DNA from: Nitrospirae bacterium GWC2_57_13
GTDB taxonomy: Bacteria > Nitrospirota > UBA9217
DNA: 62,710 bases
NCBI GenBank assembly: GCA_001805055.1
Contig: MHDZ01000090.1
Span: 1 to 62,710 of the forward strand
Direction of reading: 5' to 3'
The notes beneath the pieces are model-generated. The model saw nothing but the letters and a program-made list of their open reading frames with translations. It was not told the origin of the DNA and did not search any database. Numbering within the stretch: the first letter of the stretch is position 1; every line of letters begins with the position of its first letter. Shown one piece after another: positions 8,137-17,853 of the stretch. A program made the translations under genes and the position numbers.

Positions 8137-10761
8137 ATGAAGGTCACTGATCCCGTTTGCAAGATGAGCATCGATGATCAAGAAGCCGCGGCAACGTCCA
8201 CCTATAAGGGAACGACGTACTACTTCTGCTCGCAGGCCTGCAAGGAAAAGTTCGAGAAGGCCCCTGCATCCTATGTGGAGACGAAGATGCCCGGCTCAGC
8301 AGAGAGCGTTAGTGAGAAGAAGCAAGCCAGGCCTCGCAGCGGGAAGAAGCACGGGGCCGGCTCGTGCCCCACCTGCGGCAGGGAGCTGATCCCTGACGAG
8401 CCTCACACCGACGCGGCCAAGAATGAATGGACCTGTCCCATGCACCCCGAGGTACGGCAGCCAAGCCCCGGTGCATGCCCGAAATGTGGTATGGCTCTCG
8501 AACCCGTAGGCCCTCTCCAGAAGACCCACCCTCATCCGGTCCCTCAATCTGAGACCGCCCCTCACCCCAGCCCCTCTCCCTCGAGGGGAGAGGGAAAAAG
8601 GGAGAGGGAGCCTATCTATCGGGAAGGGGTGGCGGACAAAGATAATTCTATCGAATGGACCTGCCCCATGCATCCGGAGATCGTGCGCGACGCGCCGGGG
8701 AGCTGCCCCATCTGCGGCATGGCGCTGGAGCCGAAGACCGTATCTCTTGAGGAGGAGGAAAACCCGGAACTCATCGACATGACCCGTCGGTTCAAGATCA
8801 GTACTGTACTGTCTATCCCGCTGGTGTACATCGCGATGGGCGGTCTCATTCCTGCCATCTCGCCGGAGAAGTTCATCCCCATGGCGATGCACAAATGGCT
8901 GGAGCTCCTTCTGGCAACACCGGTCGTGCTCTGGGGAGGCTGGCCGTTTTTTGTACGCGGGTGGCGATCGATCGTCACCTGGAACCCCAACATGTTCACG
9001 CTGATCGGCCTCGGCACCGGAGTTGCCTACGGGTACAGCATTGTGGCAGCCCTCCTTCCCGATCTTTTTCCTCCATCGTTCCGGGACCGCAGCGGGTCCG
9101 TGGGCGTCTATTTTGAGGCAGCGGCAGTCATTGTCACGCTGGTGCTGCTGGGCCAGGTGCTGGAGCTCCGGGCACGCAGCAAGACGGGCACTGCCATCAA
9201 GGCCCTGCTGGGGCTGGCGCCCACGTCAGCTCGTCGTGTGAAGGACGGGAAGGAAGAGGATGTATTGCTTGAACAGGTTCAGGCCGGCGACCTTCTGCGC
9301 GTGCGGCCCGGTGAAAAGGTGCCCGTCGATGGCTTGGTAACCGAAGGATCGAGCACGGTGGACGAATCCATGATCACCGGAGAGCCGATCCCCGTGGAAA
9401 AGCATGCGGGCGACCGCGTTGTAGGCGCTACGGTGAACGGGACAGGCTCATTGATCATGAAGGCCGAGAAGGTGGGCTCCGAGACCCTTCTTGCCCAGAT
9501 CGTCCATATGGTGGCTGAAGCCCAGCGCAGCCGCGCGCCGATCCAGAAGCTTGCGGACATCATTGCGGGATATTTTGTTCAGATCGTGGTCTCCATCGCC
9601 GTTATAACCTTCATCGTCTGGGCCTGGGTCGGACCTGAACCGCGCTTTGTCTATGCTCTCGTGAACGCTGTGGCAGTGCTGATCATTGCCTGTCCCTGCG
9701 CCCTGGGGCTCGCCACGCCCGTGTCCATCATGGTCGCCATGGGCAAGGGAGCGGCAGGCGGTGTGCTGTTCAAGAATGCCGAAGCCATCGAGCTTATGAG
9801 AAAGGTGGACACTCTGGTGGTGGACAAGACCGGCACGCTGACGGTGGGGAAGCCGAAACTGATCACGGTTGCGCCAAATGATGGACTTGACGAGAAGAAT
9901 ATTCTTTTATATGCTGCCAGCATCGAGCGGGGCAGCGAACACCCTCTTGCGGCGGCCATCGTGGCCGGTGCCGAGGAAAAGGGCGTCAGTCCGAAGAATG
10001 CCGGGGAATTTCAATCCAAGACCGGGAAAGGTGTCATCGGCAGGGTTGACGGACATGCAGTAGCGCTCGGCAATCGCGCGCTGTTCGACGAGCTTCGCAT
10101 CGATCCCGGCGGGATGGAGGCAAAGGCCGAGGACCTGCGGAAGGACGGCCAGACCGTGATGTTCGTTGCCGTGGACGGAAAGGCGGCCGGTCTCCTGGGC
10201 GTTGCGGATCCGATCAAGGAAACCACGGCAGAGGCGGTCAAGCACCTGCATGAGGACGGCATCAGGATCGTCATGCTGACTGGCGACAACAGAACAACGG
10301 CTGAGGCTGTTGCGAAAAAGCTCGGGATCGACGAGGTAGTGGCCGAGGTGCTGCCTGATCAGAAGGCCGAGAGCGTGAAGAAGTTCCAGTCGGAAGGCCG
10401 GTTCGTGGCAATGGCCGGCGACGGCATCAACGACGCTCCGGCGCTTGCCCAGGCACAGGTGGGCATTGCCATGGGCACGGGCACCGACGTGGCCATGGAG
10501 AGCGCCGGGGTGACGCTCGTGAAAGGCGACTTGCGCGGCATTCTGCGAGCGAGGCGCCTCTCCCGGGCCACCATGAAGAACATCAAGCAGAACCTCTTCT
10601 TTGCCTTTGTGTACAACGCGCTGGGCGTTCCGATCGCGGCCGGCGTGCTCTATCCCTTCCTCGGCATCCTGCTCAGCCCCATCTTCGCGGCCGCGGCCAT
10701 GAGCTTCAGCTCCGTGTCGGTGATAGGCAATGCCCTGCGGCTCCGGGGGGCGAGGATCTGA
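8137..10761 (+). CDS. copA: Copper-translocating P1B-type ATPase with YHS/TRASH-like N-terminus and two CxxC metal-binding modules
   Basis: CKMS...YYFCSQAC, two copies of WTCPMHPE...CPxCGMALEP, ITGEP, CPC ([13 protein letters not shown]), DKTGTLT, SEHPLA and GDGINDAP. Confidence 0.95.
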   Translation: MKVTDPVCKMSIDDQEAAATSTYKGTTYYFCSQACKEKFEKAPASYVETKMPGSAESVSEKKQARPRSGKKHGAGSCPTCGRELIPDEPHTDAAKNEWTCPMHPEVRQPSPGACPKCGMALEPVGPLQKTHPHPVPQSETAPHPSPSPSRGEGKREREPIYREGVADKDNSIEWTCPMHPEIVRDAPGSCPICGMALEPKTVSLEEEENPELIDMTRRFKISTVLSIPLVYIAMGGLIPAISPEKFIPMAMHKWLELLLATPVVLWGGWPFFVRGWRSIVTWNPNMFTLIGLGTGVAYGYSIVAALLPDLFPPSFRDRSGSVGVYFEAAAVIVTLVLLGQVLELRARSKTGTAIKALLGLAPTSARRVKDGKEEDVLLEQVQAGDLLRVRPGEKVPVDGLVTEGSSTVDESMITGEPIPVEKHAGDRVVGATVNGTGSLIMKAEKVGSETLLAQIVHMVAEAQRSRAPIQKLADIIAGYFVQIVVSIAVITFIVWAWVGPEPRFVYALVNAVAVLIIACPCALGLATPVSIMVAMGKGAAGGVLFKNAEAIELMRKVDTLVVDKTGTLTVGKPKLITVAPNDGLDEKNILLYAASIERGSEHPLAAAIVAGAEEKGVSPKNAGEFQSKTGKGVIGRVDGHAVALGNRALFDELRIDPGGMEAKAEDLRKDGQTVMFVAVDGKAAGLLGVADPIKETTAEAVKHLHEDGIRIVMLTGDNRTTAEAVAKKLGIDEVVAEVLPDQKAESVKKFQSEGRFVAMAGDGINDAPALAQAQVGIAMGTGTDVAMESAGVTLVKGDLRGILRARRLSRATMKNIKQNLFFAFVYNALGVPIAAGVLYPFLGILLSPIFAAAAMSFSSVSVIGNALRLRGARI
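8572..8610. repeat. C-rich/G-rich palindromic element embedded in frame in the copA linker
   Basis: CCCTCTCCC-TCGAG-GGGAGAGGG hairpin (8572-8594) followed by a second GGGAGAGGGAG. It is translated as [13 protein letters not shown] between the two metal-binding modules. Confidence 0.75.
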
Positions 10762-11058
10762 ATACCACGACAGTGCGCTGACCCCGCGGCCGCGGCAGGC
10801 CCCCGACTCCCGTCGGGGGAGGTGAGCGGCCGTCGCGTTCGCGACGACCGTTGCGAGTACGGATGCCAGCCGCTGCGGGATGTCGCGGTGTTGAAATCCC
10901 GATGCGTGGGGATGCTGGTGTGGGCTCCACCGCTCCGGCATGGGATCAGGCACGGTGATACATCGGGCAAGCACCTGTTGTGCATGCCATCTGATATCGA
11001 AAGGTCGTAATGCCGGCTCTCAGAGGGCCGAATTTATCATTGGGAGGTATATGCGGCA

Positions 11059-11505
11059 ATGGAAACCGAATTCATCTGCTACAACAGGAAGGGACTTGAG
11101 GCCATTCTGCCGCACCGGGGGGCGGCGCTCAGGAAGATCGACGGCGCTTTGTATAATTCCATCGCGCCCCGCACGATGGTTGGGGTCAAGGAGATCGGCA
11201 TCGATGATCCGGACCTTGAAGGCCATTTTCCCGGAGCGCCCACCTATCCGGGATATGCCCAGGACGAATTTGCCTGCCTCATTGCCGCGGCACTCATTCC
11301 GAACATCGATAAGAACCTGAAGTATGAGCCGCATGTCGTGCAGAAGAACGTGCGGTATAAGAAAAACGTCGTGCCCGGCGACACGCTGACCGCCGAGGTC
11401 AGGCTCCTTGGAAGAAAAGGCAGGTTCTATATCTTTTCCGCTGAGATCAAGAACCAGCGCAGCGAGATCGTTGCAGAGTATGAAAAGATCGTCGGTGCGG
11501 TTTGA
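11059..11505 (+). CDS. FabA/FabZ-like hotdog-fold dehydratase homolog
   Basis: LPHRG...LEGHFPGAPTYPGYAQDEF matches the FabZ His/Glu active-site region. GGGAGG lies 10 nt upstream of the ATG. Confidence 0.6.
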   Translation: METEFICYNRKGLEAILPHRGAALRKIDGALYNSIAPRTMVGVKEIGIDDPDLEGHFPGAPTYPGYAQDEFACLIAAALIPNIDKNLKYEPHVVQKNVRYKKNVVPGDTLTAEVRLLGRKGRFYIFSAEIKNQRSEIVAEYEKIVGAV

Positions 11506-11517
11506 GGATGAACTGAA

Positions 11518-11922
11518 GTGACGTCATCGGAAAGACTCAGAGACGCACGCGAAAGCATCGCAGAAGGCACGCTGCTGCGCCGGGAGAGCATCGGCAGCAA
11601 GCCTGTTCTGGCCAAATATTATCATGCAATGATGAACAGCCTTTTAGCCCTCTTCGGCATCCGCGATATAGGGCGGTTGACGCACGCTGATATCATCGAG
11701 CGGTTCGAGCGGGAGCACGTACGAGCGGGAACAGTCGACGGATCGGTGTTCAAGGCTCTCCGAAGGTCCTACGATCTTACCCATGAGTGCGAATGCGATC
11801 ATATGCCGGTCCCGACGGAAGAGGAGATCGAGGCGGCTCTGCAGGCCGCCGAGGGCCTTGTTCGCGCTGCTGAACAATTGCTGAGAACGGAGGTGAAGGT
11901 CAATGAAGGAGGCCCGGTTTAA
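11518..11922 (+). CDS. Hypothetical all-alpha protein, HEPN-like
   Basis: 134 aa, GTG start. Helical pattern with AKYYHAMMNSLLALF and an R-x5-H-like RSYDLTH. Assignment is by pattern only. Confidence 0.35.
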   Translation: MTSSERLRDARESIAEGTLLRRESIGSKPVLAKYYHAMMNSLLALFGIRDIGRLTHADIIERFEREHVRAGTVDGSVFKALRRSYDLTHECECDHMPVPTEEEIEAALQAAEGLVRAAEQLLRTEVKVNEGGPV

Positions 11923-12118
11923 TGTTGCAAAACATCTCTGCGCGGAGTGTTCAATGGCTCTGAGGCGGTTCATCGGCGGCATGGACGGCGTGGAGTCCAT
12001 CGACGCGGAGCAGGGAAAGATCACCGTCAAGTTCAATGAGGCGGAGATCGACGAGAAAAAGCTCTCGACGATCACGCGGGACAGCATCGAGAAGCTCGGG
12101 TACAGGCTGGAAGAATAG
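11903..12118 (+). CDS. Small HMA-like (ferredoxin-fold) protein with non-canonical CAEC motif
   Basis: 71 aa. HLCAECSMAL...GVESIDAEQGKITVKF...KLGYRLEE resembles a heavy-metal-associated domain. It overlaps the upstream gene by 20 nt. Confidence 0.5.
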   Translation: MKEARFNVAKHLCAECSMALRRFIGGMDGVESIDAEQGKITVKFNEAEIDEKKLSTITRDSIEKLGYRLEE

Positions 12119-12334
12119 GGCACGGTACTCAGCGTCAGGTCGCTGAGTACAGCGGATTCGACTGAGCAGTGTGCGGCGAATGAGGGCATGCGGCAGGCCA
12201 TGGTTTACTCTGCATCGCAATTCTGCTACAATAGCATCGTTAGCGTGGTCATAGAATAGCTCGATCACGCATGGCTCGGGGAGCGGATACTGGTTTCGTT
12301 GTGGCCGGACCAGGGAGGCGTAAAACCGTACAGT

Positions 12335-12724
12335 ATGGGCTTCTGGAAGCGAGTAAAGAAAAAATTGCAGCTCGATAAGGATGATGGCCTTGAGGATCAG
12401 ACGCGCGTGGGCAGGGCCGCGCGCGCCGTGGACAGGCAGCCCATGCTCATCCGAAGACGAGAGAAGATGCAGCAGGAGTTCTGCGTCTTGGGAGCGCGGG
12501 TCTACGAGGCCCGCTCAGCGGGAAAACACCTGCTGAAGAACAAGGCGGTTAAAGAATGCATCGCCCGTATCGTGAAGCTTGAGCAGGAGGCCGTGGTGCT
12601 TCCCCAGAAGAAGAAGAGGGCGGGAAAGGTCGCTCCCAAACGGGCGAAGAAGGCTGCGAAGAAAAAGGCAGGCAAGGCCGCGCCCCGGCGGGCCAAGAAG
12701 GCAGTGAAAAAGCGGAAGAGATAG
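12335..12724 (+). CDS. Small protein with Lys/Ala-rich histone-H1-like C-terminal tail
   Basis: MGFWKRVKKKLQ... ending KKKRAGKVAPKRAKKAAKKKAGKAAPRRAKKAVKKRKR. Start is uncertain (listed ORF begins at 12299). Confidence 0.5.
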   Translation: MGFWKRVKKKLQLDKDDGLEDQTRVGRAARAVDRQPMLIRRREKMQQEFCVLGARVYEARSAGKHLLKNKAVKECIARIVKLEQEAVVLPQKKKRAGKVAPKRAKKAAKKKAGKAAPRRAKKAVKKRKR

Positions 12725-12906
12725 GGATGTCGAAAGCGTCTGCATCTGGAATTGCGCAAAGCTTGATTGAGTGCTCGTCGTGGATGGCCAGACGACGTTG
12801 TCGCTCAGGCGCCTACTGGTGTCGCAGTGAGAGCCGGAATAGACACCGTTTTAAGTCCGAATTTGAACTTGCTTTACGTGGAAAAATGACGTAGCATATT
12901 TCCATT

Positions 12907-13266
12907 ATGCGTCTGAACGTGCTTCTCATAGTGTCCCTTCTGGTGATCATAATTTTCGCCCCCATCGTAGACGCGATTGCTTGCGACGACTGTAAGGACA
13001 TCGTTCCGCTTCGGGATATGCCGCAGTGCCTGACGAATGGGGCGGATCATTCAGGTGGCAGTCTGTTGTCGTCTGATGGCGATCGTTCAGCGCGGCAGGA
13101 AACCGGCACCGCGCAAGACCTCTGTCCTGTTTGCGCCAATATCGCCGTTGCCATGGGCAATTCATGCTGCGGCGCTCCGTCCATGATCAGTCAAACGAAC
13201 CATCTTCCGAAGATGATCGCTTTATCAGGCCCCTCCTATTCCATCACCAAGCCACCTCAGAACTAA
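12907..13266 (+). CDS. Small exported Cys-rich protein upstream of the RND operon (CzcI-like position)
   Basis: Hydrophobic N-terminus MRLNVLLIVSLLVIIIFAPIVDA, then CDDC, C, CPVC and CC motifs. No family is recognised with certainty. Confidence 0.4.
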   Translation: MRLNVLLIVSLLVIIIFAPIVDAIACDDCKDIVPLRDMPQCLTNGADHSGGSLLSSDGDRSARQETGTAQDLCPVCANIAVAMGNSCCGAPSMISQTNHLPKMIALSGPSYSITKPPQN

Positions 13267-13468
13267 CCCTCGCAGCTTTATTCAAGCAGCCGCATTGTGC
13301 CTCGAGTGACCTTTGTCGCCCGTTGTGCAGATGTGCGTTCGCGCCTTATTTCCAATCAAATGAAACGAAGTGATGTGTATTCATGACGCGAATGATAATT
13401 TTTGCGTGCAGTCATTGGTAAAGATGATATGCGTGTATTCACGTTGGCATGCGCTGAAAGGATGTCGA

Positions 13469-14761
13469 ATGTTTCATAAAAATCTATTTTTCCTCGTAAC
13501 GGGGATGTTCGTAACGGGCGGGCTGGTAACAGCACCATCGCTTATCGCGATGGCAGGGACAAACACGTGGACACTGGAGGCCGTTGTCCAGCGCACGATG
13601 GAGATTGCTCCGGAAATCCGCACCGCCGAGGCCGAGATCGCGGCGCGCGCCGGCGAGCTGACCCAGGCCGGCGCCTGGCCGAACCCCACGGTTGACCTGG
13701 GTGCAGATGACAGTCTCGGGCAGGAGGATGGCAGCGGCGGGACCGAGCTCACTCAGATAACATTGAGTCAGCCGTTGCCGCTGCGACGCCTCGCGCGGCA
13801 GCGTGCTGCAGCGAGGGCAAATCTCGAAAGCGCGAGAGAGAATCGCCGTTACCAGCGCCTGCTGCTTGAGAGCGAGGCGTCGCGCGTTTTCCGCGCGTTA
13901 CAACATACCGAGGCCAGGGTCGCGCTCGCTCGCAGTCGTCTCGATCTGGCCGAGGGCTTCGGACGCCCCGAGCCGGGTGGAAAAGCGCGCGATCCGCTGG
14001 TGCGTTATCTCACGCCGCTCGAACGCATCCGGCTTGCTGTGTTGCGCGAGGAGGCGAGGCAAGCGGTGATGGTGGCGGAGAAAGACTACCAGAAGGCGCT
14101 TGCGGAGTTTCGATCACTGCTGGCGCTGTCCGCGGACACTGCTGTCCAGACGGCTCCGCTCGATCTTGCTGCGCCACCGCCTGAGCTGGCCGGGCACGAA
14201 CAAAATCTCGAAGCGCACCCGTTGCTGGCCTCTGCCCGCAGGGAAGTCGAAGCGGCGCGCGCCGGCGTCGCGGTAGCCGAGTCGCAGCGCTTCGCCGATC
14301 CCGAGCTCAATCTATTTCGCGAGCGCGATTATCTCAATGGAGAGCGGCGCGACGTCACCGGTGTCGGCATCAGCTTCCAGATTCCGCTCTGGAACCAGAA
14401 CCGCGGCCCCGTGGCCAAGGCCAGGGCCGAGGCGCTGCGGGCACGGGCGCAGGTCGAGCTTCGGCAGCGCGACATGCTCACGAGCCTGCGCCAGAGTTAT
14501 GCCGAGCTCGCGCGCGTGATCGAGCAGGCGCGGCGGACACGCGACAATTTGCTCGAACCGGCTCGACAGGTGTTCGATCTCACGCGCCGCGGTTTCACCT
14601 CCGGAGAATTGAACCTCCTCGCGCTCGTGGACGCCAACAACACCCATTTCGAAGCACAGTCGCGCTACCTTGATCTGCTCAAGGAGGCGCACCTTGCCGG
14701 CGCGGAGCTGCGCCTCGCCGCCGGGATATCGCTGCTGGAAGAAAGAGAGGTACAGCCATGA
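13469..14761 (+). CDS. TolC-family outer membrane efflux protein (CusC/CzcC-like)
   Basis: About 430 aa from MFHKNLFFLVTG with a signal-like N-terminus and two coiled-coil/barrel repeats typical of OMFs. The stop overlaps the RND start (ATGA 14758-14761). Confidence 0.8.
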   Translation: MFHKNLFFLVTGMFVTGGLVTAPSLIAMAGTNTWTLEAVVQRTMEIAPEIRTAEAEIAARAGELTQAGAWPNPTVDLGADDSLGQEDGSGGTELTQITLSQPLPLRRLARQRAAARANLESARENRRYQRLLLESEASRVFRALQHTEARVALARSRLDLAEGFGRPEPGGKARDPLVRYLTPLERIRLAVLREEARQAVMVAEKDYQKALAEFRSLLALSADTAVQTAPLDLAAPPPELAGHEQNLEAHPLLASARREVEAARAGVAVAESQRFADPELNLFRERDYLNGERRDVTGVGISFQIPLWNQNRGPVAKARAEALRARAQVELRQRDMLTSLRQSYAELARVIEQARRTRDNLLEPARQVFDLTRRGFTSGELNLLALVDANNTHFEAQSRYLDLLKEAHLAGAELRLAAGISLLEEREVQP

Positions 14762-17700
14762 TCTCCGCACTTATTCGCTTCTCGCTCATCCAGCGGCTGA
14801 TGCTGCTGCTCGCCGCCGCGGCGCTCACGGCCGGGGGGGTGTGGGCGTTCAGCGCGCTTCCCATCGACGCTTTCCCGGACATCTCGCCGCCGCAGGTGCA
14901 GGTGATCGTCAAGGCCCCGGGGCTCGCGCCCACCGAGGTCGAATCGCGCATCACCTTCCCGATCGAGATGGAAATGCAGGGCATCCCGAACCAGAAGATC
15001 CTGCGCTCGACTACCAAGTACGCGCTGTCCAACATCGTCATCGATTTCGAGGACGGCACCGACATCTACTGGGCGCGTCAGCAGGTTACCGAGCGCCTGA
15101 CCCAGGCTCGCGAGGCACTGCCCGCCGGCGCCGAGGTCGTGCTCTCGCCCATCTCCACCCCCCTGAGCGACATCTTCATGTACCGCGTGAAGGGTGAGGG
15201 CTACTCCAACAGTGAGTTGCGCACGCTCCAGGACTGGACAATACGCCTGCGGCTGCGCACCGTGGATGGTGTCGCTGATGTCAACTCGATGGGCGGTTTT
15301 GTGCGCTCCTTCGAGGTGCAGCCCGACCCCCGCCGGATGGCGTCGCAGGGACTTTCAAGCGACGATCTCGAGCACGCCATCGAGCGAAACAATCGCAACG
15401 CCGGCGGCGACCGCATCAACCGCAAGGACAGCATGCTGCTGGTGCGCACGCTGGGCCAGTTGCGCGATGCTGACGACATCCGCCGCATCACGGTGGTGAC
15501 GCGCAGCGGCGTGCCCGTGCGCGTCAGCGACGTGGCCGGCGTGCGCGAGGGAGCACTGGTGCGCTACGGCGGGGTGACCGCCGACGGCCAGGGCGACGTC
15601 GTGACCGGTCTGGTGCTGCTGCGTGTCGGCGCGAACAGTCGCACGGTGGTCGAAGCCGTCAAACAGGAGCTCGCCCGCCTCGCACCCACCCTTCCGAAGG
15701 GTGTCATCGTAGAACCGTACTATGATCGCGGTGATCTCATTAACGCCGCGGTGCTCACGGTGGAAATGGCTCTTGGCGAGGCGGTGGTGCTGGTGGTGCT
15801 GGTGCTGATCGTGCTGCTCGGCAACCTGCGCGCGGCGCTCACCGTGGCGCTGATCCTTCCGCTGTCGGTGCTGTTTACCTTCATCATGATGAAGCTCTTC
15901 GGTGTCACCGCTAACCTTATGTCACTCGGAGGGCTCGCCATCGCCATCGGCATCCTGGTTGATGCGGCGGTCGTGGTGGTCGAGAACATTCACACCCAGC
16001 TTGCGCATGCGCCGAAGGGAGTGAGCCGGCTGCATCTTGTGTATCGCGCCGTGACCGAGGTCGCGACCCCGGTGCTGTCCGGCATTCTCATCATTGCCAT
16101 CGTGTTCCTGCCGCTGTTTTCGCTGACCGGCCTCGAAGGGCGGATGTTCACGCCGCTCGCGCTCACCATCATGTTCGCGCTTCTGGGCTCGCTCCTGCTG
16201 TCGTTTACGGTGATACCGGTGCTGGCGAGCTTTCTGATGCGCGGAGGAGCGCACGGTGAAGATCGCGTGCTCGCGGCCATCAAGCGTATGTACCTGCCGG
16301 CGATGCGCTGGGCACTGGCCCATCGCACAACGGCGGTCGGCGGCGCGCTGGTAGCGCTCGTCCTCGCCGCAGCCTTGTTCCCCTTCATCGGCAGGGAGTT
16401 TATGCCGGTGATGGATGAAGGCCATACGTTGGTCAACCTGGAAAAGGCCTCGGATATCTCGCTCGAAGCCTCGCTCGCCATGGACGCGCCGATCCAGAAG
16501 GCAGTTCTGGAGATCCCCGAGGTCACGGGTATGCTTTGCCGCAGCGGATCCGACGAGCTGCGCCTCGACCCGATGGGCTTTTACCAGTCAGACTGTTTTT
16601 TGCAGACCAGGCCGCGCGAGGAGTGGGGCTATGGACTGGAGACAATGCACGAAAAACTGCGCTCGAAACTCGAAGGCTTCAAAGATCAAGGCGTTGAACA
16701 CGGTTTCAGTCAACCAATCGACATGCGTGTCTCGGAAATGCTTTCCGGTGTGCGCGCCGACGTGGCCATCAAACTCTTCGGCGATGATTTTGAGGTGCTG
16801 GAAGAGAAAGCCGGGCAAATCGAGGAGATCGTCAAACGCACACCGGGAGCAAACGACGTGTTCCGTGCGCGCCTCTCCGGCCAGGGCTACCTCACGGTGG
16901 ACATCAAATCAGAGCTGCTCGCACGCTATGGACTCAACAACGAAGACGTGAACGACGTCGTGGAAACCTCGGTCGGCGGCAAGGTTGTCACTGAGGTGAT
17001 CGAAGGCAACCGTCGCTTCGGCGTTTTGCTGCGCTTTCCCGAGCCCGCGCGCACCTCACCCGCGGACATCGAGCAGCTGCTCATCAAGACCACGGGCGGC
17101 GCGATGGTTCCGCTCGGCATGGTTGCGAGGGTAACCGAGGTGGACGGCCCGGTGCTGATCCAGCGCGAGTCGGCCCGGCGCTACGTGGTGACGCGCACCA
17201 ACGTCGAGGGGCGCGACGTGGTGAGCTTCGTCGAAGACCTCAAGGCGGCGATCGAACGTGAGGTGAAGCTGCCGCAGGGATACTACATCGATTACGGCGG
17301 TCAGTTCGAGAACCAGCAGCGCGCGGCGGCGCGCCTGGCGCTGGTGGTGCCGGTTTCCATCGCGCTTATATTCTTCATGCTGTTCCTGACCTTTCGTTCG
17401 GTACGCCAGGCGGGGCTTGTCATACTTAATATACCATTCGCCCTGATCGGCGGCGTTGTCGGCCTGTTCGTCTCCGGGCTTTACCTGTCGGTGCCGGCCT
17501 CGGTCGGCTTCATCACGTTGTTCGGCGTAGCCGTGCTGAACGGTGTGGTCATGGTGGCGTATTTCAACCAGTTGCGAGAGGCCGGGCGCACGGTGCTGCA
17601 AGCGGTTCAGGAAGGCGCCGAGCGGCGGTTGCGACCGGTGCTCATGACAGCCTTGATCGCGAGTCTTGGGCTCGTGCCGATGCTGCTGGCGACCGGCCCC

Positions 17701-17853
17701 GGTTCCGAGCTGCAGCGGCCGCTCGCCGTGGTCGTGATCAGCGGCCTCATCACTTCGACGCTGCTCACGCTCATTTTGTTACCCACGCTCTACGCCTGGC
17801 TCGAGGGGCGGGCCGAACGGCGCATCAAGGGCTCGAAAGGAGAAACGCCATGA
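14758..17853 (+). CDS. cusA: Heavy-metal efflux RND transporter (CusA/CzcA family, CusA-like TM4 motif)
   Basis: 1031 aa with 12-TM RND architecture. LGGLAIAIGILVDAAVVVVEN resembles the CusA-type TM4 rather than the CzcA DFG...DG type. Confidence 0.85.
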   Translation: MISALIRFSLIQRLMLLLAAAALTAGGVWAFSALPIDAFPDISPPQVQVIVKAPGLAPTEVESRITFPIEMEMQGIPNQKILRSTTKYALSNIVIDFEDGTDIYWARQQVTERLTQAREALPAGAEVVLSPISTPLSDIFMYRVKGEGYSNSELRTLQDWTIRLRLRTVDGVADVNSMGGFVRSFEVQPDPRRMASQGLSSDDLEHAIERNNRNAGGDRINRKDSMLLVRTLGQLRDADDIRRITVVTRSGVPVRVSDVAGVREGALVRYGGVTADGQGDVVTGLVLLRVGANSRTVVEAVKQELARLAPTLPKGVIVEPYYDRGDLINAAVLTVEMALGEAVVLVVLVLIVLLGNLRAALTVALILPLSVLFTFIMMKLFGVTANLMSLGGLAIAIGILVDAAVVVVENIHTQLAHAPKGVSRLHLVYRAVTEVATPVLSGILIIAIVFLPLFSLTGLEGRMFTPLALTIMFALLGSLLLSFTVIPVLASFLMRGGAHGEDRVLAAIKRMYLPAMRWALAHRTTAVGGALVALVLAAALFPFIGREFMPVMDEGHTLVNLEKASDISLEASLAMDAPIQKAVLEIPEVTGMLCRSGSDELRLDPMGFYQSDCFLQTRPREEWGYGLETMHEKLRSKLEGFKDQGVEHGFSQPIDMRVSEMLSGVRADVAIKLFGDDFEVLEEKAGQIEEIVKRTPGANDVFRARLSGQGYLTVDIKSELLARYGLNNEDVNDVVETSVGGKVVTEVIEGNRRFGVLLRFPEPARTSPADIEQLLIKTTGGAMVPLGMVARVTEVDGPVLIQRESARRYVVTRTNVEGRDVVSFVEDLKAAIEREVKLPQGYYIDYGGQFENQQRAAARLALVVPVSIALIFFMLFLTFRSVRQAGLVILNIPFALIGGVVGLFVSGLYLSVPASVGFITLFGVAVLNGVVMVAYFNQLREAGRTVLQAVQEGAERRLRPVLMTALIASLGLVPMLLATGPGSELQRPLAVVVISGLITSTLLTLILLPTLYAWLEGRAERRIKGSKGETP

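Noticed and set aside
9907-10974. 355-aa minus-strand ORF
   Set aside because: It is antisense to the P-type ATPase C-terminus, with shadow-ORF composition.
13370-13468. Upstream extension of the OMF ORF
   Set aside because: The first 33 codons lack a signal peptide and overlap the putative regulatory boxes. MFHKNLFFLVTG at 13469 gives a normal signal-like N-terminus.
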